DNA from: Macrostomum lignano
Lineage: Eukaryota
Direction of reading: 5' to 3'
Assembly: GCA_002269645.1 (NCBI GenBank)
Contig: NIVC01000712.1
Coordinates: forward strand, 248,001-312,000
Length of the DNA: 64,000 bases
A model generated the notes under the pieces. The model had not been told where the DNA came from. It did not search any database and worked only from the letters and a program-made list of their open reading frames with translations. The position numbers were made by a program, and so were the translations under genes. This document shows, piece after piece, positions 54,895 to 64,000 of the stretch (positions within the stretch are counted from its first letter, which is position 1; each line of letters opens with the position of its first letter).

Positions 54895-56130
54895 TAGCTA
54901 CTGAAAACACATGGAATATATACCCAGTCAAAGCAAATACGTCGCCGCGACGTTGCTATCACGTCGCAAAAGTACGTCGCCAACCAAGCCATTTTGTCGC
55001 GCCGGGCGACGTCGCCATTACGACGTCTGGCGATGTCACATTTTCGCGTTATGGCGACGAAGCAGCGACCTCAATTACGAATGCTTTAGGAAATTGTTTT
55101 GACAATGTTCGAGTATCTATTGCAGGTTAAATTATCTTCAGCGAGCTTGGCATTGATACAAATTATGCCCGAATTTTTGCAATTTCAGCATCTCTATTGT
55201 TTGCCTACAGTTGGGTCGAATAGAACGCTCGTACTACGTACTAATAGTACTACTCAGCCGCTTCATGGAGCGGCAATAAATTACAAGCCTTGAATAAATA
55301 AATGAAGTGATTGGAAAACTTGCCAACATGATTGCATGATGGTGAAATAACACTAAAACACAATAAGGACTGTGAGATAGGGCACCGTTTGTATAATTCT
55401 TAGAAATCAATTTCCCGCGAAAATTTAACATTTTGTTTAACTTTGCGTAAAATTTATTTTAATGCACCAATTGTTTAACTGCACCGAAAAATAAAGGTTT
55501 TAATGAAGTCGCGGAAGTTAAGAGTAGCAGAAGTTTTACTATAAATACACGAGAGAAAGAAAGGAGAAAAGCAACGTGTTCTTGGTACGTTCAGAATAAA
55601 GAAAGCTTGAGACTTAAAGTGTTCGTGTTAAAGTGTTATTTGAAGAAGTATTGTGAAAGAGAAGTGAACAGTGTGAAATAGAAAGGTGCTGTACATCTAG
55701 ATCCACTGGTAAAGCCCTAAGACGGACTGAAGGTTGAACTGAAGATTGATTAAAGAGTAATAAAGACAAATAGAAAGTGATAAAGACAGATAAAGAGTGA
55801 CAAAGACGAATAGAAAGTGATAAAGACGGATAAAGAGTGCTTACAGAAGTAATATAGCTAAGACATAAGTGAAAGTAATTAGATAAATAAGGAGATAAAT
55901 ATCGGCCACGTGATATAACGCTACCATTTGAAAGTACATAAAGTGAACAATTTAAGAACATACTAAAAGACAGTATTTGAATAAAATAACTTTGATAACA
56001 GCAGTGAGATTATAAAGGACCTGTAACAACTTTGGTGGCATTATTAGAAAATTATTAGTAACAGTTAGTAAGATTATAATTATAGTGAGAGCCCTAGGAC
56101 AACTGCATCAAGGTTGCTGGCTCCATGTGT

Positions 56131-57949
56131 CTATGCCGACCCGGAGTTACCCTGACCAGAGTGGCTGCGCTCCGGGTCCTTGGCGTGCCTCAGCTGGTTT
56201 TTGGTTGCTGACTCGATGTCTTTTTCGGTCATTTTGATGGACAGCATAGACGCCCCGCGAACAACCAGCCACAGGGGTGTGGCCTGAAAGGCTAGTTTGC
56301 CACGCTTGCCACGGAAGCTGTAGCGGCTCGCAGTTGCTGGCGTCAGAAGCCTCCGGATTATACGGCTCACTACTTCTTGAACGTTCGAGCCACCAACGTT
56401 GGCCAATTGTCGTTCCTTCAAGATACAAGAGAAATTGAAGAATAGTATTGTAGTAAGTATATTATATTACAGTATAAGAGCAAACTGAGTCCACAGAAAA
56501 AAATCATACAGCCTAAAGGAATGCAGCAAGAATTAATTTTTATTTCTAATTGCAAAGTCTGAAATGGACTATGTCCTATAATAGTAAATGAAATGCTCAC
56601 CAGATTTTCGCGATTGGCCTCAATGTCGACAAACTCGCTTAGTTCTCGAACGTCTTCCAATGAGGCACATGGCAGCTCAACTGGCAGGGAAATGTTGATG
56701 CCTCTTCGCGACGTTACAAATGCAACGGCGCGTTGAAGCTGGCCAACTTCTTGACGAATTGCAGTGAGTTCTCTGAGAACGGTACGTTCAAAACCTAGTT
56801 AGTGTACGAAATCGAATAAGCCATGTAAGTGTTGTGCACGATAGAACAGAAGATAAGCAATCGTGCAAAATCATTTGAACCTTACCAGAATTAGAATGCT
56901 GCTGAGTTCTGGTGGGTCCCATTGCGAAGCCCGGTTGACGCGGGCCTAAAGGACAAAAGACAACATTTGCATTTGCAGCAGAAATAAAACAAATATATTG
57001 TGACTCACGAAATCAAAAGAAAAATAATTTTAGGCACAGAAATATCACTGCAACAAGTAAATATAATTTATTACTGTTAGACATAGGCTCCACAGAAGAA
57101 TTTTGAACAGTATTTGTCCTCGTCGATTCAGGCCGTAAATGCAGAGAACTAGAGCCTGGAGCCGGTGAGAAAACTGCACTGCCAGCACAGCTTTCAGACA
57201 TGGCATCTCGCGCTGCAACGGGTGATGAGCACAATGCAATGTCCATTGCAAGGGAAATAACAATTAAAACATCAATTTAATGGGTAAAATAGGGCCAACC
57301 TGGTGGCTGAGGTGAATTGCCAGCACAATTCTGCAACTGAGAAAATGATGCTGCACGAGCAGAACTGGACTGCCCTCCCAGAATTGGATGACGTAGATCT
57401 ACAAGGCAAATTGACATACAACCAGTTGCTATATTACTTCTAACTTAATCAACGCTCTTGTGACAGATATTTTACATACTTGCACTTTATTTGCACTTGC
57501 AAATAAGTACTTACCCTTTTTCGGCAGGAAATGGTGGGACATCAAAGACAACCTCCGTTTCGCTACTGCCTTCAGCTTCCAAGTCAGACGCATCCTTTAT
57601 AGAGGTCCTACGGCGCTTCCTTGTTGTCGATCTGTTGTCCTGCTCATGCATGAATCGTTTAGGGGGGTGTTTTGGCCTACGCCCCTCGTTCTCAGGCTCT
57701 GTGTTTACATCATCTATTCCTTTTTCAGCTCTCATTAGCCTTCGTCTAGCAGTAGCTTCATCTGGAGCACAGGACATGAGCTTGCAGTCATGGGTTTCCC
57801 AAGACTTCCGGCATAGCATGCTGAGACCGAAGTCGCTTAATTTCAGAGGCGGGACAAACGGGCCACCTGCAGCGCTTTTGTCCAAGAAGCCAATTCTCAC
57901 TTACATACTCTACAATCTCCTCTTCAAATAAAACGATGTAGAAATTTGC
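56131..57949 (-). pseudogene. EnSpm second ORF (multi-exon, DUF4806/BEN-like C-terminus), frameshifted
   Basis: N-terminal FYIVLFEEEIVEYVSENWLLGQKRCRWP; basic/acidic linker; coiled coil with LPCASLEDVREL; C-terminal LANVGG...IIRRLLT...YSFRGKRGKLAF...LRHAKD. Confidence 0.7.
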
Positions 57950-57976
57950 CTGGAATTAACAATGTTTGAAATTCGC

Positions 57977-59849
57977 TCAGAGAAACATTGGAACAAGAAG
58001 AACCTTGCCATTTATAGGAATTCCACAATACTTCTTGCTAACTTCTGACAAAGGAATAAAGTAGACTGCAGTACCCAAATTGGAAACAAGAAAAATGGAG
58101 ATCTTTGTTGAAGCCATTGGGTAGTAAAAATGGTTCCCGGACATTGTACCTGTGACATGCAAGGGTTGTTTGCTGATTGACAATAAGAACATTCACTATT
58201 TTTAATAAGTTACCATTGGAATCCTCAATATTGGAATCTTTTGGCAATGAGGAGAGACGAAAGCAACTAGTACAAACAGAGTGATATTGATCAACCATAT
58301 CAGGGTGGACATCATGAGGTATAGGTCCTCCAAAATGTTTGTGCAGATACTTCACTTGGCCCACTGGTGAACTAGGAGCTTCTTTTACTGTGGCATCCCA
58401 TTCTGCAATCCTATTGCAAACTTGCTCCAAAGGGAGATATGGTGAACGGACCATGCTCTTTAACTTCTGCATATAGTTCTCAAACTTAAATGCTGAAAAA
58501 CTGTCCAGGGGACCATGAACCTGTACATCTTGTGCTAGGTGCAGCAGACTGTGTATGTTGTATGTAAGGAATTGCTCACCAAATAGCTCAATACAACTTG
58601 ATACAAAAGAATTAAGTAAATCATTTGCATAATTTGATAGTGCATTGCAAGTGACAGGATTAGCAAGTATGGCAATGGCAGTACTCAGAAGAAGAAAATT
58701 CTTGTACCATTTAATTGGAATTGATGACTTAAGTGCTACAAGACCAGAGAAGAGCATAAACGAACGGAATTATGTTGCCTTCCAAAATTTCAAATTATTA
58801 AGTCCACAAGGCCGCCGTGAAAACTCAGAAGGAAAGAATGGTGACATGAGAATTAGCTTTTGGCTAATCTGTGTGACAGAAAGTCCAGGTAGCCTATGTG
58901 GCAAAGTTCCAGCTGTCCATTGATATAGTAGACGCTTCATTGCACCAAGGCAAACCAAGTGCATATAGTCAAGTGGAAATGCATTGATCATGTTAATCTT
59001 TAAAGAAGTCAAAGGAGACAAACCAGAATGGTGATCATCATCATGCTGCAATCTAAATGAATTGTCTGTCCTCAAAGGTGCCCCAATATCATTTAGAATT
59101 ACATGGCCAACATGGGTTCCATACACAGTGCATCTTTCACATGCTGCATATCCACTATGACCCTTAATGCATTTAATAAAAGCACGTGCTGGTGCATCAC
59201 AAATAAATTTAATGTCAACTAACTCTTCTACTTCCTTCAGATCATTTATTAGCTGCCTTAGGAATTCCTCAATTGGAGGCTTGCCTATGCCATAGTAAAG
59301 AGCAATGACAAAAGGTTCAATATTTCCAAAGGCACCAATAATAGGCCAGAATTCCTCTCTAGTACTCTTGTTGATAGGAAGGCCATCAATGCTAATTTGA
59401 AGTTGTTGTTTTCCTTGAAACACTGGAATAAGGCCATTGATACACTTTAAACCATAGTAGGCAAACTTTTCATTTCCAATGGCTTTGAAATTAACTGTTT
59501 TTGGTGTTTTTAATAGTGTTTGGCCTGTCCGAGGAAGGAATGGAAAAAAGACCACTAGAATCTTCAAAAGAGCAGTAAGAGCACAAAGTGTTACTTTGTA
59601 GGTTATTGCCCATTCTTTAAGTTTTGTTGGAAGAGAAAGGCTAGCAGAATCAGTAGATAAAGAAGTACTAGCTGCATCATCAAAGTAGTCACTAAAGCTT
59701 TGTTGAGATTGACTTGGTATAACCTCAATAGATTCTTGCTCATTGGCAACATCTGCATCACTATTGTCCTTATCAATATCATGCATTAGCAACTCAGCCT
59801 TTCTTTTAACATGACGTTGTATTGTCCTTTTACTTGCAGTTGAATCCAT
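57977..59849 (-). pseudogene. EnSpm/CMC transposase with one in-frame nonsense codon and one frameshift
   Basis: Motifs ISIDGLP, CDAPARAFIKCIKGHSGYAACERC, PLDYMHLVCLG, WKAT*FR (TAA at 58772-58770 in place of the consensus E), YNIHSLLHL, SAFKFEN. One extra T at ~58135 shifts the last ~50 codons. Confidence 0.9.
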
Positions 59850-61325
59850 AATAAAAATAACAAGGTACAACAATTGATTTATTATGATTTAGAAGATTCA
59901 GTAGCTGCAATAGATTAAGTTATTAAAGAAATACATTATAAATTTCTATTATAAATTATATAACATAAAAATACATAAAATTCCATACAATAAATGTTAG
60001 TAGAAAGCAAAAAGGTTACAAAAATTCCAAATAAATTTTCAATAAAATAAAGCATCATTAAGCTAATTTAGCTTAGCAAAAGCCTAGGTTTTAGAGATAG
60101 AGACAGGATATACAAATTGTATTCTATGTCTAACCAAGGATATAATTTGGATAATTAAGATACATTTAAGACTTACCTTTGAAACCAATTTACTCATTTT
60201 TAAGATAGGCCTAGGCCCTAGATTTTTTAATTCAATTTTATATTTATCTTTAACTTTGGTAACTTTAGATTTAGACTTCAGTTCTTAACTTAAACTCAAT
60301 GTATTATAGTATATAGGAGTTCCCTGCTAAATTTAATTAAACTATAGTTAAATTTATCGAATACCATTGTTGTACACTTTTCATATGCCTACTTGTTTTG
60401 TTGGGTTTACCTAATGTTTTCTGCAATATGTCTAATAAAGCCGCTAGGGCCTAGGGGTCTATTGGCATTGCTACATAATATATAACTAGCATATTTATAA
60501 TTAGCAAACTGAGGCCTAGCTAATAGACCTAATGATCTATGCCTAACTAGTGCTAGGCCTATTAAACTAGGCCAATCAATTGAATAGATGCTTGAAATAT
60601 ATCTTCAGACAAAATATATCATTATCAACCATCTTTAAATGGGTAGATTCATGTCTGTCTATAGGAACAAAACTACAAAAATATAGTATTTTCATGTATG
60701 TAGGCCAATGCAATAAAAACTATTTCATTGACACAAATATAAGGCTTTATAGCACAAAAATAGATTTGCTTTATCAAGTAATCAAGGTGTATTACAGTAC
60801 ATTGTGACTATCTACTATTGTATTTTATTTATTATGTACAAAACTAAAATGCACTTAATATAGTTACGTTATGGACAATTCACACACAACACTAGATGCA
60901 GCCGCAGATCATTGTAGATTCAGTTTCAGAAAGCGAGTCTTTATTGAATAATTTGCAGCTCTAAAGTGGCAATATTTCATACTATACTTTGATCAATTCA
61001 CTATTGTTAATGAAGCTAAAACAAATTAACAAAAAGCTTACGTTTATAAATTATAGACACAGTTTAAAACAATTGTGTAGATAATATTTTTGTATTATGA
61101 AACAGTATCTATAACAAGAATATTTCTAGCAGTGTACTTAAAATTTACAAAATAATTAATGTCGAAAGTGACGTCGCTGCGACCAATAAGTGGCGACCAA
61201 TTTTTGCCCGCGACGATGGCGACTAATAGCGACGACATGGCGACGTCGCAGCGACGTACAGCCTTGTCTGGGTATGGCTGTGAAATTTGACTGGAGCACA
61301 TTTGGAAGCCAAAAATGCATATAAA

Positions 61326-62309
61326 CCCTGTAAAAAATTCGGCTGCTTCTTCGGCGGATTTTTTTGTGCAAAATAGGAGTGGAATCTACCGAAATCCCCC
61401 CCTATCTTGCAAGAGTTAAAGAAACCATCCAGGAAGCAGCCGATGTGATCATAAATTGTGCGGAAACCGCCGAAAAATCACCCGAACCAGTGGCCCATGG
61501 GATAACCAGAGAATTATTTACGTTTGATTCCTCGGCGGTTTCTGAGCATGGAATCTTCCGAACTGGAGGATTCTTTGGGTGATTCCTCGACGGTTTCTAA
61601 GCATGGAATCTTCCAAACTGGAGAACCCTTTGGCTGACTACTCGGTGGTTTCTAAGCATGGAATCTCCCTGAGGATTCCCTCCAGTTCGGGTCTCACATC
61701 ACAATTATGACATTGATCATAGCATCTGGCCCAGACCGAAAGAAATCAATCAACTAATATTTTAAAGAAGACTAGCAGAATTCACAGACAGGTACGCAAA
61801 ATCTACCTGTTACGCAAAAAGAGTCATTATAGAGATTTTATTTTTATTATATTTCGTTATATTTGCAACTGCATGTACCTTTAATATAGTTGAAAAAATG
61901 GCTGCATAAACTGTAAGTAGTAAAATATGTGAGTAAACGGTTGGCGACAGAAAATGGGTTTTTACTGCACACGATAATCTACGTGCAAATAAGCAAGCAA
62001 AAGCAATAAATTACAGACTCGTCGCACACAAAAACATAAGCCTAGTTCAGTCAAGTAATATGAACGTACGTAATATAAAACTGCCTTAAATATTAGGCTG
62101 CTTCCTGGGTTGATTCCACTCTGTTCAGGTGATTCTTCTGTTGATTCCATTTCGCCACCAAGAAGCACCGAGAAACCGCCCAGTTAGGTAGATTCCAAGC
62201 ATGGAATCATCCGATTGGTCTGTTTCCAGCGTTCGGCTGTTTCTTTTTCTGGAAACACCGTAGATTCCAACTGGAATCACCCAAAGAAACATCCCAATTT
62301 TTCAGCGGG
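61326..62309. mobile_element. Non-autonomous CACTA-like element, 984 bp
   Basis: Termini CCCTGTAAAAAATT / inverse CCCGCTGAAAAATT, 2-bp TSD AA, inverted GGAATC/GATTCC subterminal repeats, no ORF. Confidence 0.75.
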
Positions 62310-62504
62310 AATATAGCAAACAAAATATAGCTGCATATGTGTAAGTTTTTGGCTTTTGTTGATTCTGTAACTATAAGCTATAATAAAGGCTTGCAGAACT
62401 TTTTGATCACCCCTCGTAGAGTAAACATGGTTAAGAGAGTAATTATGGTAAAGAGATTCAATATTATTATGCCCTCTTATTCTTACAACACTGCAATTAA
62501 TTCC

Positions 62505-62640
62505 CCACAGTCTTGTTATCTGAGCAATTCCCCTACAGCCCTGGCATCTGAGCAATTCCCCTACAGCCTTGTTATCTGAGCAATTCCCCTACAGCCTTGT
62601 TATCTGAGCAATTCCCCTACAGTCCTGGCATCTGAGCAAT
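62505..62640. repeat. 28-bp minisatellite (CTTGTTATCTGAGCAATTCCCCTACAGC), ~5 copies
   Basis: Tandem units; related to the array at 1424-1668. Confidence 0.92.
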
Positions 62641-62921
62641 GTAACTGAGCATTCTCATTTGAGCAAATAGCTTATAAAAATAGCCTTTAGCAATATGTGG
62701 CAACACAGCGTGTTTCGTACCTTGTAGCTATAAATAGAACCCATAAATTTCGCAGCATTGTGCAACTTACATTGGGACTGTGGAAAAGAGTACAGTACAG
62801 AAATTGTTGTACATTCTGCTGTGGCTATAAAAGCACTCTCATTGCTTTCATACACTCGATGCTTTGGTCAGCTAACAAGGTATCTGAAACTTGCTAAACT
62901 CTCCAGCCACCGTGTTAAGCA

Positions 62922-63410
62922 ATGGCTACAGGAAGATTCACGTTCTTCTTCACCAAGGAGTCGCCATTTAGTCAGTTTTATCCTTGCCAGTTCAAAGTTG
63001 ACGGCTGCACATTTAGCTGCGCAGAGCAGTACATGATGTACCGCAAAGCGAAGCTGTTCAACGATCACGCGACAGCCGAGGCTATCTTAGCTGCGACTAA
63101 GCCGGCAAAAATGAAAGCCCTCGGCAGGCAAGTCGACGGCTTCAATGACGACGTGTGGAAAGAGCACAGATGGGAGATTGTCCATTCGGGTAACATGGCC
63201 AAGTTCGGCCAGAACCCGGAGCTATTGCGGACACTGTTGGACACGGAGGGCACCACACTGGTGGAGGCGGCCCCTAACGACTGTATCTGGGGCATTGGCC
63301 TAGCCGAGTCAAATCCTGACGCCAGGGATCAGGCAAAGTGGCGCGGTTTGAATCTGCTTGGCCAGATTCTTACTCGGGTGCGCGAGGATCTGAAACCGAC
63401 TGTTGCTTAA
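62922..63410 (+). CDS. ybiA: NADAR/YbiA-family N-glycosidase (ADP-ribosyl hydrolase fold), 162 aa, intronless
   Basis: Motifs FSQFYP, AEQYMM..KA.LF.D, KALGRQV..F...W, KFGQN, LVEAAPNDCIWGIG, GLNLLG.IL..VR. TATA-like TATAAAAG at ~62825. Confidence 0.95.
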   Translation: MATGRFTFFFTKESPFSQFYPCQFKVDGCTFSCAEQYMMYRKAKLFNDHATAEAILAATKPAKMKALGRQVDGFNDDVWKEHRWEIVHSGNMAKFGQNPELLRTLLDTEGTTLVEAAPNDCIWGIGLAESNPDARDQAKWRGLNLLGQILTRVREDLKPTVA

Positions 63411-63529
63411 ATCACTCTGGGATACTTCATGACTCTGTGGCTGTATCACTTATCGTAACCACAGTTCCAAGGTTAGTCCTAGATCTGAGATGCTCACTTT
63501 AGTATAACAAATGGGATTTTCTAGAACCA

Positions 63530-63715
63530 GTTAAGTCTAATAATGAGATCTAATGAGATTATCAGGTTCTCAGTACAGTCTAAGGGTGAGATCTAATGAG
63601 ATTCTCAGTTGAGTCTAAGGATGAAATCTATTGAGATTTTCAGTTCAGTCTAATGATAAGATCTAATGAGATTCTCAGCTTCTCAGTTCAGTCTAAGGAT
63701 GAGATCTAGTGATAC
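63530..63715. repeat. Degenerate ~35-40 bp tandem repeat (GATCTAATGAGATTCTCAGTTCAGTCTAAG)
   Basis: Repeated TCTAATGAGAT and CAGTCTAA motifs. Confidence 0.7.
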
Positions 63716-64000
63716 TCTAGATGTGTCGATATTTAAGCATTATTATTTTGTTAAATTTTATTTTACTCGTAAAACCTTTCCTACTCTAGAATTTTGTTTA
63801 TTTGCGTTAACTTTGTTTAAACACAACAGCAACACAGCTACTTTATAAAGTGAAATAAAACATTTATACTTATTTTAACTCTTGGATTGTATATCTATCT
63901 TGCAAATTTACATTCACATTTGCTGTGATGATGACATTCCTAGCTAATAAACAATTTATCTAATCAGTTGTACAAGTTCTAAAACAGACTTCTTATTGCA

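Larger units (their letters stand above)
54923..61272 (-). mobile_element. Metazoan CACTA/EnSpm (CMC) DNA transposon, 6350 bp, full-length
   Basis: Termini CCCAGTCAAAGC / inverse CCCAGACAAGGC, 2-bp TSD TA, CGACGTCGC subterminal repeats at both ends, transposase plus a second ORF. Confidence 0.9.
53864..62416 (-). mobile_element. Mariner element with three nested insertions
   Basis: Perfect 23-bp TIR CGAGGGGTGATCAAAAAGTTCTG at 53864-53886 and 62394-62416, each flanked by TA. About 1040 bp remain after removing the inserts. Confidence 0.93.

Overview
Eukaryotic (invertebrate animal) genomic DNA with spliceosomal GT-AG introns, GC-rich exons and a very high load of minisatellites and transposons. 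The style suggests a flatworm such as Macrostomum; this is inference only. Host genes: an intronless secreted PAN + C-type lectin (+, 2253-2975); a 3-exon innexin (-, 4701-8301); a 3-exon four-and-a-half-LIM protein (+, 12402-13390); a 3-exon CHTOP/Fop homologue (-, 18840-21570) whose last exon is tandemly duplicated (second copy 16784-17141); a 12-exon RNF213/mysterin-like AAA+ ATPase-E3 ligase (-, 33015 to ~46300) with one frameshift, an Asp-substituted RING, an intact RZ finger and no N-terminal exons in the window; and an intronless NADAR/YbiA-family hydrolase (+, 62922-63410). Mobile DNA: a MULE relic, an RT-less I/LOA-group LINE relic, many MITEs, and a mariner element (53864-62416) stretched from ~1 kb to 8.5 kb by two CACTA/EnSpm insertions and a hAT MITE. 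The most notable items are the RNF213-like locus, the minisatellite-bounded CHTOP last-exon duplication, and a dense cluster of Pbx-Hox and Meis sites at 28.5-28.9 kb. All family calls come from motif recognition by eye; no database search was run.
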